Virus record (IMG/VR): IMGVR_UViG_3300022748_000015 | Coordinates: 1-64,000 of that record | DNA length: 64,000 bases | Direction: 5' to 3' (one strand) | Origin: a virus | Notes under the pieces: generated by a model | The model's database searches: none | What the model was told of the DNA's origin: nothing | The model's input: only the letters and a program-made list of their open reading frames with translations | In this document: in pieces, positions 25,861 to 35,107 of the stretch | Layout of the letters: every line of letters begins with the position of its first letter | Position numbering within the stretch: position 1 is the stretch's first letter | Program-made: the position numbers and the translations under genes

Positions 25861-26757
25861 ATGGCTTTCAAGGGTATTTTCCCGGCTCCCAAACTGACTC
25901 CAATGGAGTTCGGTCTATTTAGTGCAGCCAAGCCAGAAGTCACTGGAACCTCGGATGTTGATTCCCGCTGGGTTCGTGGCTTTGAGGTAGACCTAGAGTC
26001 CCGTCCTAACTACGTTCGCTCATGGAGCGAAACCAGTGCAACCTCTGATGTTGCTTACGAAGATGTATCAGCCCCACGCTACCTAGAGGTTAAGCCTTGG
26101 TTCATTGAGGTTGAGGACCACGCAACAACCCTAGGTCTTCTTGGATTAAACCGTTTTGATCGCGTACTTCGCCAACTAGAAGCTGTAACTCAGCGTACCG
26201 TTGAGCGTGAGTTTTGGGAGGGCAATATTGCTCAGGGCGAGGGACTTCCAAATACTTACCTAACTAACCCAGACACCGTTACCATTCTTAATGGTGGAAA
26301 TGCTCTTCCTCCTCACCACGCTATTGCCTATCTAGAGGCTGCAATTGCTCGTGTGTCGGCTGCCGGTGAGCAAGGTGTTCTCCACATGACTCGTGACGTA
26401 GCAACTCTTCTTGGTTCACAATATATGCTTACCCGTGTTGAGGATGACCCAGGCCACATCCACATCGAGACAAATGGTGGAACAACCGTTGTTCTTGGTG
26501 CAGGTTATACTGGAAATGGACCTGTTGGTGCAACTGGAGCTACTGCTACAGATACCTCCAAGTGGATTTACGCAACTGGCACAATCGGTGTTTACCTGGG
26601 AGAGTCAGAAGTAGTAAACGACAACCTAGCGCAAGCTTACGATGTCGCAGGAAACCAGAATGACATGAGAATCAAGGCAACTCGCCCAGTGGCGGCTTAC
26701 TTTGACACCTCGATCCACCTAGCTGTCAAGGTTGACTTGTCAACCACAGCTATCTAA
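25861..26757 (+). CDS. putative virion structural protein
   Basis: Lies between capsid and tail tube genes; exact role not assignable. Confidence 0.6.
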   Translation: MAFKGIFPAPKLTPMEFGLFSAAKPEVTGTSDVDSRWVRGFEVDLESRPNYVRSWSETSATSDVAYEDVSAPRYLEVKPWFIEVEDHATTLGLLGLNRFDRVLRQLEAVTQRTVEREFWEGNIAQGEGLPNTYLTNPDTVTILNGGNALPPHHAIAYLEAAIARVSAAGEQGVLHMTRDVATLLGSQYMLTRVEDDPGHIHIETNGGTTVVLGAGYTGNGPVGATGATATDTSKWIYATGTIGVYLGESEVVNDNLAQAYDVAGNQNDMRIKATRPVAAYFDTSIHLAVKVDLSTTAI

Positions 26758-26786
26758 CCAATAAGATACCAAGGAGAAATAGCTAA

Positions 26787-27896
26787 ATGGCTACTCAAGA
26801 ATATGCAGCTAGCATCCAGGGTGTGTCGATTCGTGTCACCCGCCTGGACGCCGCTGGAAACCTGATGACAGGTCCAGCAGACAGCTACACTACTTCTGCC
26901 TTCATGCGTGTCTCGTTCACCCCTGAATATGAAGAGGGCGACGAGATCACCGAAAAGGGTGCGAATGGTGTTGTCTGCGTAACATACAAGGCTCCAGACA
27001 CTCTGAAGCGTATCACCATGGAGCTCGCAATTTGTGAGCCAGATCCAGAGCTTTCAGCTCTGATCTCTGGTGGTCTTCTGCTTCGCAAGAATGTTGGAAG
27101 CTCGACTGACCCTAACCACAAGTCTGTTGGTTGGGCTGCTCCAGGTGTTGGCGATGACCCTGCTGGTAACGGTGTTGCCATCGAGGCTTGGTCACACGCT
27201 GTGAAGGATGGAAAGCGTGCAGGCGTTCTTCCTTACTTCCACTGGGTATTCCCTTACGTGAAGATGCGTCAGTCAGGTGACCGTGTTATTGAAAACGGTC
27301 TGATGGCTAACACCTTCGAAGGTTACGGTCTTGGAAATGCAAACTTCCAGGGCGGTATTGATGGTCGTTGGGAGTTCCCTGTTGCTGCAGAGCGTCCATA
27401 CGCTTATGCACGTACCGACTGGGCCCCAACCGGTCTTTCCGGGTTCTACACCTGGACTGACAATGCAACTGACCAGGTTGTATTCACCTCATCTACAGCT
27501 AAGCAGCCTACTGCAATCACTATTTCTAGTGCTGAGGCTACTGTAACTGACACCAAGGCAACTCTTGGATTTAGCGCTAACCCTGCCATCCAGGTTGGTG
27601 ACACCATCTACGTTCAGAACATTGGATCACTATTCAATGGAACTCAGACTGTTGCTAGTGTATCTGCTAACACTGTTAGCTTCATCAATGCAGCCATTAC
27701 TGCAGATGCTACTGGATCAATCACCTCTGGTTCACGTGTTACCGTCGCTAATGCAGTTACCGAGAGCCACCCAGCTCCGATTGCCACCACAACCACTCAA
27801 ATTGGTGAGGGTGGAGCAAGCTTCAACGTTCCTGGTAACTTGAAGTACAACGCTGACAATGCAATTGATAACATCATTGCATCGAACGAAAACTAA
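26787..27896 (+). CDS. major tail (tube) protein with a C-terminal beta-rich accessory domain
   Basis: IRVTRLD...FTPEYEEGDEITEKGANG..C..YKAPDTLKR actinophage tail-tube pattern. Confidence 0.85.
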   Translation: MATQEYAASIQGVSIRVTRLDAAGNLMTGPADSYTTSAFMRVSFTPEYEEGDEITEKGANGVVCVTYKAPDTLKRITMELAICEPDPELSALISGGLLLRKNVGSSTDPNHKSVGWAAPGVGDDPAGNGVAIEAWSHAVKDGKRAGVLPYFHWVFPYVKMRQSGDRVIENGLMANTFEGYGLGNANFQGGIDGRWEFPVAAERPYAYARTDWAPTGLSGFYTWTDNATDQVVFTSSTAKQPTAITISSAEATVTDTKATLGFSANPAIQVGDTIYVQNIGSLFNGTQTVASVSANTVSFINAAITADATGSITSGSRVTVANAVTESHPAPIATTTTQIGEGGASFNVPGNLKYNADNAIDNIIASNEN

Positions 27897-27909
27897 ATAA
27901 GTATCTAGT

Positions 27910-27953
27910 AAACGGGTGGCAGACTGGTCTAATCACTAGTCTGTCACCCGTTT
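27910..27953 (+). terminator. terminator hairpin after the tail tube gene
   Basis: AAACGGGTGGCAGACTGGT / ACTAGTCTGTCACCCGTTT. Confidence 0.75.
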
Positions 27954-27975
27954 AAACTTATAGAGAGGTATATTT

Positions 27976-29085
27976 ATGACTAACAACTTATGGATTCAGC
28001 CAGAAGAGCTTGGCGACTTTGGATATACAGAGTTCTCTGAAGAGGCAGCTAGAGTTGCGTCATACCTCCTCTGGGCCATGTCCGGTAGAAAATATACCGG
28101 AGAAACTATAGTAACCGAGCGTTACACATGTACCTTACGTAATAACCGAATGGGGCCATCAAGGAAGACTACTTCTCCTGTTCTTTTTGGTGGAGATGTC
28201 TATAACATCCCGTCGGGTGACTATGATGAGTACTCTGAGCTTACTGCTGACGGTATGTCACCAGACTCCCGCATTAAACTACGTGGCCGCCCTGTAACTA
28301 AAATACACTCTATCCGTAACCGCACTGGTAAGGTTCTGGACCCGTCGAGCTACTACTTGGTAGATCACTCTACAATTCAGATCAAAGCTGGAACTCCTTG
28401 GACCCCGTGCAACACCGAGATCACTTATTCTTACGGAACTCCAGTACCGCTAGCTGGAAAGATGGCAGCTAGGACTCTTGCTATGGAGTTTGCAAAGCTT
28501 TGGGGTGGAGATGACGACTGCTCGCTACCACAGCGTGTTACTTCAGTGGCTCGTCAAGGTATTTCATATACAATCCTCGATAATCAGGAGTTCATCGATG
28601 AGCTCCGTACTGGTTTGTATGCTATTGACCTGTTCCTAAAAACTACTAACCCGGACAATGCTCGTCGTAAGTCGAAGGTATTTAGCCCAGACCAGCCACG
28701 TGCCCGTCGTTATACGCCTAAATCAGTTGTATTTCCTGTAAATGCAGAGCTAGATATAACCCTGGTTAAGGATACAACTACTTCTTGGAGCTCAGAAGGT
28801 CTTAACCTAGACTTAAGCAACTTCTTCTTAGACTCTGGATGGTCTCCAATAGTTGCACTGCGCAACTATAGCCAATCAAAGACTCTAAACCTAGACTCTT
28901 CTAATATCGTACTTGATTCGGGAACTGGAAATATCTCGATTGATTTCACCTATCAGCCAGTTATGAATGCCATAGGCATGGTTGATCCGGGAACATGGTC
29001 TCTATATGCAACAAAAACAATTGATGATGTAGAGAATATAGTTGAAATTGCTACCGGCAATCTTCAAATAAAGATGTATAACTAA
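27976..29085 (+). CDS. head-to-tail adaptor-like protein
   Basis: AS..LWAMSGRKY...ITYSYG..VP..G..AA..LA.EF...C.LPQRVTSVARQGISY pattern. Confidence 0.75.
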   Translation: MTNNLWIQPEELGDFGYTEFSEEAARVASYLLWAMSGRKYTGETIVTERYTCTLRNNRMGPSRKTTSPVLFGGDVYNIPSGDYDEYSELTADGMSPDSRIKLRGRPVTKIHSIRNRTGKVLDPSSYYLVDHSTIQIKAGTPWTPCNTEITYSYGTPVPLAGKMAARTLAMEFAKLWGGDDDCSLPQRVTSVARQGISYTILDNQEFIDELRTGLYAIDLFLKTTNPDNARRKSKVFSPDQPRARRYTPKSVVFPVNAELDITLVKDTTTSWSSEGLNLDLSNFFLDSGWSPIVALRNYSQSKTLNLDSSNIVLDSGTGNISIDFTYQPVMNAIGMVDPGTWSLYATKTIDDVENIVEIATGNLQIKMYN

Positions 29086-29100
29086 TAAAGAGAGGCATAT

Positions 29101-29340
29101 ATGTCAATCCAAACTAATTTCCGTGCATCAGATATGCTCGGAGTTAAGAAGCCAGCCGCTAAGGCCGCAGCTCCAAAGGCTGCTGCTAAGCCTACTGCTC
29201 ACAAGCCATCACTGGCTGACATTGTCAACAAGATTGAGGATGTAGTAGAAGCTGTAGTTGAAGCAGCTCCAGTAGTTGAAGAGATCGTTGCTGAAGCTGC
29301 TCCAGTAGTTAAGAAGATCAATAAGGCTGTAAAGGGCTAA
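29101..29340 (+). CDS. small Ala/Lys/Val-rich protein
   Basis: GAGG RBS; PAAK repeats. Confidence 0.7.
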   Translation: MSIQTNFRASDMLGVKKPAAKAAAPKAAAKPTAHKPSLADIVNKIEDVVEAVVEAAPVVEEIVAEAAPVVKKINKAVKG

Positions 29341-29344
29341 TAAT

Positions 29345-29851
29345 ATGGTTATCGCTATAGATGTTTCTGGTGTTGCCGAAGATGCTACGCATCTTCGTGA
29401 TTTGATGCAGGGTGTTCTAGAGCGTGTTGAGTCCGTATTCCAGTCCTACAACGTAGAACTACCTAAACGCCGTTACTGGACAATGGGGCAACCGGCTGTT
29501 GACTGTGAACAGCTGGTTGTCACCTTTGTTCAGATGTACCTAGGAACTCCGGGGGCACAAGCTTCCGAACCGCAGCGTTGTCATGTCCCTCGTAGCGTTA
29601 CTTTGGCTATTTCAATTTCCAGAGAAATACCTATTGTTGGTCAAAATGGTAGACCACCAAGCCCTGAAAAACTTCTTCAAGCTGCCGAAGTAACAGCAAT
29701 TGACTCATGGACCCTCATGGACTCGGTTAACCTACTAGATCAATGGGACGATACCGGGTATGGTATTGGTGTTATTGCAACTATGGAGACTGCAGAGCCA
29801 GAGGGTGGTTACCAAACTATTACCCTTCAAGTAACTATGGCGGTTCCATAA
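29345..29851 (+). CDS. tail completion/terminator-like protein
   Basis: Neck-region position and size. Confidence 0.55.
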   Translation: MVIAIDVSGVAEDATHLRDLMQGVLERVESVFQSYNVELPKRRYWTMGQPAVDCEQLVVTFVQMYLGTPGAQASEPQRCHVPRSVTLAISISREIPIVGQNGRPPSPEKLLQAAEVTAIDSWTLMDSVNLLDQWDDTGYGIGVIATMETAEPEGGYQTITLQVTMAVP

Positions 29852-29852
29852 A

Positions 29853-30257
29853 ATGACAGCTGAATTCGAGGTAACTAGCTCTAAACTAGTTTTAAACTAC
29901 CCTAAACTCAATGCTTACTTAAACACTCCCGCTGGAGATTTATGGAAGTGGATGGACCGTCGAGGTGACCGAGTAGTTAAGTCAGCCAAACGGCAGGTAG
30001 GTGTTAGGACTGGAAGGCTACGCAGCTCCATCCATATGAGACATGGAGTCTATATGCGTGGCCAAGAACTTTGGATTGGTGCCAATATTAGTTATGGCTA
30101 TATGCACCATGAGGGGACTCGTCCTCACATTATTGCTCCTAAAAATGGTGGAGCTCTGGTTCTCCGTAGTGGGGCGGTAGTTCGAGGTGCAGTACGCCAT
30201 CCAGGCACTAAGGCCAATAAATTCCTGACTGATAATATTCATCATTTTCGATATTAG
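29853..30257 (+). CDS. HK97 gp10-like neck/tail protein
   Basis: VRTGRLRSSI...HEGTRPHII...V.HPGT pattern. Confidence 0.7.
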   Translation: MTAEFEVTSSKLVLNYPKLNAYLNTPAGDLWKWMDRRGDRVVKSAKRQVGVRTGRLRSSIHMRHGVYMRGQELWIGANISYGYMHHEGTRPHIIAPKNGGALVLRSGAVVRGAVRHPGTKANKFLTDNIHHFRY

Positions 30258-30342
30258 TCAAATAATTAAGTATTTCCACATAGGGTAAAATATATCTAGA
30301 GCATTGCTCTATACCCTATGACATTAAGGAAATTAATTACAA

Positions 30343-30666
30343 ATGACTAATAGATTCAAAGATTTTGGTTCGGGTCTAGGAAATACTTCACTAGAGCCTA
30401 TCACCTTCATGCTTCACGGCGAAGAATTCCACTGCGCACCGGCTCTGCAGGGTAAGGTCTTACTTGGCTTTGTTGCAGAGTCGCAGTCGGAGAATTCAGC
30501 TACTCAGGCTGCAATTATTGAAAAGTTTTTTGAAAAAGTCCTAGTTGAAGAGAGCCTAGAGCGCTTCAATGCACTTCAGGAAAGCAAAGACAAAATTGTA
30601 TCGGTTGATACTCTAAGCGAGATTATCAGCTGGGTAGTAGAGCAGTATACTGACCGCCCAAATTAA
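30343..30666 (+). CDS. tail assembly chaperone (short form)
   Basis: Two genes upstream of the tape measure; ends at a slippery heptamer. Confidence 0.85.
   Translation: MTNRFKDFGSGLGNTSLEPITFMLHGEEFHCAPALQGKVLLGFVAESQSENSATQAAIIEKFFEKVLVEESLERFNALQESKDKIVSVDTLSEIISWVVEQYTDRPN
30657..30663 (+). other. programmed -1 frameshift site C CCA AAT
   Basis: X XXY YYZ heptamer in phase just before the stop; the -1 frame reads LIARGLLTWAV into ORF 30693..31076. Confidence 0.85.
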
Positions 30667-31076
30667 TAGCCAGGGGTCTACTGACATGGGCAGTGGATCT
30701 CTGGCCCTATGTGAATGGTAAAGCCTTGACTCTTGGATTGAAATTAGCAGATATGGATGCAGTCGACCTGCTCGATGTGCTGCACTATTTCTTTGAAGAG
30801 GATTCTGCTCGGCTCAGCACGGCGGAGCAGTCGGAGGCTGTTAGTGATTTAAGAACTAGCCTATATAGAAGCTATAACATTAGCTATAAATATGCTACTA
30901 AAAAATCATCATCAGGCCAAACATATGGTGGACATGCTTATGTATCGGATGATAACTCTGATTTAACACCATTAGATCCTATGAACCAAGAGACTAAACC
31001 ATTCGTACCAGCTACTGAGTTCAACCCAGATTCTAGTAATCCTTTTGGCTCCGTACTAGATGCACCATTAGGTTAG
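30657..31076 (+). CDS. tail assembly chaperone frameshift extension (fused product 30343..31076)
   Basis: -1 frame is open from 30657 to stop 31076. Confidence 0.8.
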   Translation, partial: PKLIARGLLTWAVDLWPYVNGKALTLGLKLADMDAVDLLDVLHYFFEEDSARLSTAEQSEAVSDLRTSLYRSYNISYKYATKKSSSGQTYGGHAYVSDDNSDLTPLDPMNQETKPFVPATEFNPDSSNPFGSVLDAPLG

Positions 31077-31086
31077 GAGATAGCTT

Positions 31087-34000
31087 ATGGCTGGCGGCAG
31101 TGTAGGTAGTGTATATATTACAGTCCGTGCAATTACGGATAAAGTGTCAGCTGACATTGAAAAAGCTTTTGCTGGTGTTAATACTGGATCTGTTGCTGCC
31201 AGTGGTGAAGGCGTGGCTAAGGCTTTTAATAGTGCTGTAAATAAGGGAGTAAATGCCAATATCTTCAATAAGGTTGGAGAGTCTCTCTCCAATTTTGGTG
31301 GAGAAGCTGGTAGCGCAAGAGAAAAACTCTTTGAACTAACTAGAACTGGATATATCACCGGAACAGCTCTAGCTAGTCTACTAGGAGCAGTTTCATCCTT
31401 AATTGGAGGCCTGGGTGGCCTTATCGGCGCTGTAGGCGGGGCTATCCCCGCCATGATGGGGCTACTTGGGGCTGTTATATCTGTAAAAGCTGGTATGGCA
31501 GTTGGACAGCTTGCGCTTGAAGGAGTGTCTCAAGCTGTTCAGAAGGCAATAACTCAGACCCAGCAGTACACCATGACGCAGGCTCAGCTGCAAAAGCAAA
31601 CTATAGATTTAGCTTTTGCCTCCGAGAATGCGTCCAATGCGGTTGGTAGGGCTGGTCTTGATCTAGAGAAGGCTAGAAATAATCTTCTTAGGATGCAGGA
31701 TCTCCCTCCTAACTCACTACAACGCCGCGAGGCGATGCAGTCTTATAAGGAAGCAGAAACTGCTTACCGTCAAGCTAAGGCACGTGCAGCAGATGCTAAA
31801 AAAGAAGCCAAGAACCCTATGGCGTTCAAGACTCCTAAGTCTGATCCATATGCCGGACTAACCCCTGCTCAAAAGGATTTTGCTAAATGGTTAGTAAGCA
31901 TGCACAGCCAGTTCCAGGATCTCAAGGACGCCGCGGCTAGTGGATTCTTACCAATCCTTAAGACTAACCTAGAAACAATTATTGCTAAAGTACTTCCTAC
32001 TTTTAAAGCTGGAATACATGATATTGCAGTTGGCCTAGGAGGGCTCACAACTAATCTAACTGCAGCAATTACTGACCCTGGAAATGTGAAGCTTCTTGGG
32101 CAGGTGATGCACAACATAGCTGGTGATCTCCCTCTAATCGGTAAGATCCTAGGTAGCGTATATGGTGTATTTCTCTCTATTCTGGATGCATCACATCCTC
32201 TTGTAACTGACTTCCTAAAGTTCTTAAACACTAAGGTCAAAGGTCTTGACGAGTGGATGAAGACTGAAGAAGGCAAGAAGAAGATGAAAGACTTCTTCGC
32301 TGGATCTGAGCGCATCATGAAGGATCTAGGTACTATCTTCGAAAATACTCTTGGTGGTATCGGTGCCATTATTGGAGCTAACTTCGAGCCAGGGTCTGGT
32401 GGAGATATTATGCTCCAGTGGCTTAAGAAAGTAACCGGCAACTGGGCCGCTATGGATGACACTGTTAAGGGTAAAAATGCTCTTAAGCAGTATTTCATTG
32501 ACACAGCTAATAATTCAACAAAAATTCTTGATGCTGTCGGTGCGCTTGTAAAAAACTTCCTTGCCCTTGGTGCTAATCCAAATATTGGAAAAACCTTCGA
32601 GGCGCTATCTAATCCTGATGCTGTAAAAGCTGCTCAGAATATTGGTACATCTTTAGTTGATGCTGGACCATCACTAGGGAAACTTGTAGCAGATCTTACC
32701 ATCTTTATTGATAAGATGACAGACAGTAAGGCTATTAGTAATTTCTTTGACACTATTGATGGTGCAGTCAGAGGTTTGAATGATCTTTTCAAAAATCCTG
32801 CTATTGATAATTTCTTCAAGCTTCTAGGGCAAATTCACGGAGTAATCTTTGGAATTGTTGGAATTTCTAAGGTAGCTGGCTTTGGCTTTAAGGTCATGGG
32901 AGATACTTATAAAGCATTCGGCGATGCTGTTGGTGCTGTACCTAAATTCTTCCAATCAACTAAGATCGGAATACAGGACACTAGTAATGCTCTAGGTATG
33001 ATCCGCTGGCCTGAAAAGAATAAGCTAGCTGATGCCTTTGCTATTGGAAAATCTGGTGGAAGTTTTAAGCAAGGATTAACTAGCCTTGGAAATGAACTAG
33101 ATAGCCAGATGAGCAGAATGGTTGGCACAACTAAAACTGCATTCGGAAACATGGGGCAGAGCACTAATATATTTACTAGTGCTATTGGCAAGGCTGGGCT
33201 ATTCTTAATGGCTAACCCTATGGTTGCCGCCATTGGTCTTATTGTTGGTGCAATGGTTCTGCTATACAACAATAGTAAAGAGTTCCGCGACTTTGTTGAT
33301 ACTGCATTTAAACAGATCGGTCAAATATTCAGCGACACATGGGGTGCCATCCAAGCTGCTCTCAAGCCGGCTATGGATGCTTTCGATGAGCTATTTAAGA
33401 CCCTAGGTATAGATACTGCTGGAGCTAAGGGAAGTCCACTAGTTGTATTCTTTGAGGCTATTGTGAATATAGTTAAGGTAGTTATTGCTGCACTAGCTGC
33501 TGTAGTTACTTATTTAGTAGGTCAATTTGCTAGAGGCATAACTGCAACAGTATCCATCTTCAGCGGGTTTATCAAGATCATTAAGGGAATTACCGACCTC
33601 ATCGGGGCTTTCTTTAAGGCTCTGACAACTGGCAAGTGGGATGATTTTGCAAAGGCTGCTGATAAGGCTTTCCAGGGTATGAAAGCCGGAGCAATGCAGA
33701 TTTTTGCTGGTATTGTTAATTTCTTTATTGATGGTATCAATAATGGAATCAAACTTGCTAACGATATCAGCAAGAATATCTCTACTGCTACCGGTGGAGC
33801 TGTTAAGCTTGGAACTATACCACTAGTACCTAAATGGGTACCAAAGATGGCAAAGGGTGGAACAGTTCTACCGTCTCCAGGTGGATCGCTCATTAACGTA
33901 GCTGAAGCTGGCCGCCCTGAGCGTATTGAACCTTTGGATTCCAATGGCCTTTCAAACCGTGATAAAGCCTTAATCGACTTCCTATCTGGCGGTGCAGCTG

Positions 34001-34110
34001 GAAAGTCGATTCAAATGAATATATATCCATCAGCTGGTATGGATGAACGTGAGCTAGCTGCTGCAGTATCACGCCAGCTGGCCTTCGAACTCCGTAAGGG
34101 TGGAATCTAA
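31087..34110 (+). CDS. tape measure protein
   Basis: 1007 aa, helical Ala/Gly-rich; C-terminal MAKGG.V......NVAEAGRPE motif. Confidence 0.92.
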   Translation: MAGGSVGSVYITVRAITDKVSADIEKAFAGVNTGSVAASGEGVAKAFNSAVNKGVNANIFNKVGESLSNFGGEAGSAREKLFELTRTGYITGTALASLLGAVSSLIGGLGGLIGAVGGAIPAMMGLLGAVISVKAGMAVGQLALEGVSQAVQKAITQTQQYTMTQAQLQKQTIDLAFASENASNAVGRAGLDLEKARNNLLRMQDLPPNSLQRREAMQSYKEAETAYRQAKARAADAKKEAKNPMAFKTPKSDPYAGLTPAQKDFAKWLVSMHSQFQDLKDAAASGFLPILKTNLETIIAKVLPTFKAGIHDIAVGLGGLTTNLTAAITDPGNVKLLGQVMHNIAGDLPLIGKILGSVYGVFLSILDASHPLVTDFLKFLNTKVKGLDEWMKTEEGKKKMKDFFAGSERIMKDLGTIFENTLGGIGAIIGANFEPGSGGDIMLQWLKKVTGNWAAMDDTVKGKNALKQYFIDTANNSTKILDAVGALVKNFLALGANPNIGKTFEALSNPDAVKAAQNIGTSLVDAGPSLGKLVADLTIFIDKMTDSKAISNFFDTIDGAVRGLNDLFKNPAIDNFFKLLGQIHGVIFGIVGISKVAGFGFKVMGDTYKAFGDAVGAVPKFFQSTKIGIQDTSNALGMIRWPEKNKLADAFAIGKSGGSFKQGLTSLGNELDSQMSRMVGTTKTAFGNMGQSTNIFTSAIGKAGLFLMANPMVAAIGLIVGAMVLLYNNSKEFRDFVDTAFKQIGQIFSDTWGAIQAALKPAMDAFDELFKTLGIDTAGAKGSPLVVFFEAIVNIVKVVIAALAAVVTYLVGQFARGITATVSIFSGFIKIIKGITDLIGAFFKALTTGKWDDFAKAADKAFQGMKAGAMQIFAGIVNFFIDGINNGIKLANDISKNISTATGGAVKLGTIPLVPKWVPKMAKGGTVLPSPGGSLINVAEAGRPERIEPLDSNGLSNRDKALIDFLSGGAAGKSIQMNIYPSAGMDERELAAAVSRQLAFELRKGGI

Positions 34111-35057
34111 TGGTTGATTTAACCAATGTAAATCCAGTAACCCAGTCAGAAGAAAATAAGGCTGTAAATAGAGGTCTTACAAAAGCCCCCTACCCATACG
34201 TAACGGGATTAGAGTTAAAGGGAGATATCTCTCTAGGTAACTTAACCCTAAATACTATCGATGAGAATGGTGTTGTGTGGGTATGCACCGACCTTGAGGG
34301 TTGGTGGCAACATCCGGAACCAGTATTTAATGACCTACCACGTGGTCTTGGTGATGGTTCATACGATGTCAGAGGTCGCTATTCGGCTAGAGTTATTACT
34401 TTGAATGGTGTATTCCTGACTCCAGACGCCTCGTATGTACAAGCTGCCAGAGATAAGCTCGCTATGGCTGCCAACCTTGTATATTCTGGTGCATGGCTTG
34501 TTGCCAAAGAAGGTCCAGATAAGGCCGCCTGGGTCCGCCTAAGTGGTCAACCAAAGATTACTACTGTAAATGCACGTGGTCGCACCGAGTTCACCATCGG
34601 GCTTAAAGCCGGTGATCCGATTAAGTATGAATGGTTTGGAGCAGCTGACCTATACGACGATACTCCTGCACCATTGTATGCAAAGAACACCTCTGCAGGG
34701 CATACGGGATCCGTAACTGTAATTAACAAAGGAAATGTAAAAGTACCAGTTTCTTTTGAAATCAATGGGACTCTAACTTCTAGCGCATCATCCCCTGCAA
34801 AGATAAAAAATATTACTCGCAATGAAACGATAGAAATTGTGTCTGCCCAGGGCGGGAGCGATGTACTATCTGTCGATACCTACAACCGAGAAGTTCTTTT
34901 CAATGATTCCGCGTTAAATGCACGATCGAGAGTTGGCATTCTAGCTGAGTGGATCTATCTAGATCCGGGTGAAAATATTCTAACTTTTGAAGATACCAGT
35001 AATTCTGGTAGCTCGGCCGTATGCAATATTTTCTTCAGATCCGGCTGGATTGCTTAG
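34110..35057 (+). CDS. distal tail protein (Dit-like)
   Basis: Directly after TMP; LEGWW....RGLGDGSY...YSARVITL...DPIKY...LDPGEN pattern. Confidence 0.8.
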   Translation: MVDLTNVNPVTQSEENKAVNRGLTKAPYPYVTGLELKGDISLGNLTLNTIDENGVVWVCTDLEGWWQHPEPVFNDLPRGLGDGSYDVRGRYSARVITLNGVFLTPDASYVQAARDKLAMAANLVYSGAWLVAKEGPDKAAWVRLSGQPKITTVNARGRTEFTIGLKAGDPIKYEWFGAADLYDDTPAPLYAKNTSAGHTGSVTVINKGNVKVPVSFEINGTLTSSASSPAKIKNITRNETIEIVSAQGGSDVLSVDTYNREVLFNDSALNARSRVGILAEWIYLDPGENILTFEDTSNSGSSAVCNIFFRSGWIA

Positions 35058-35107
35058 TGGTACAATATATCTAGAGACAAATACTGAACTAGATAGTTAA
35101 GGACGAA

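Noticed and set aside
30693-31076. Independent gene starting at GTG30693
   Set aside because: No SD; better explained as the -1 frameshift extension of the tail chaperone.
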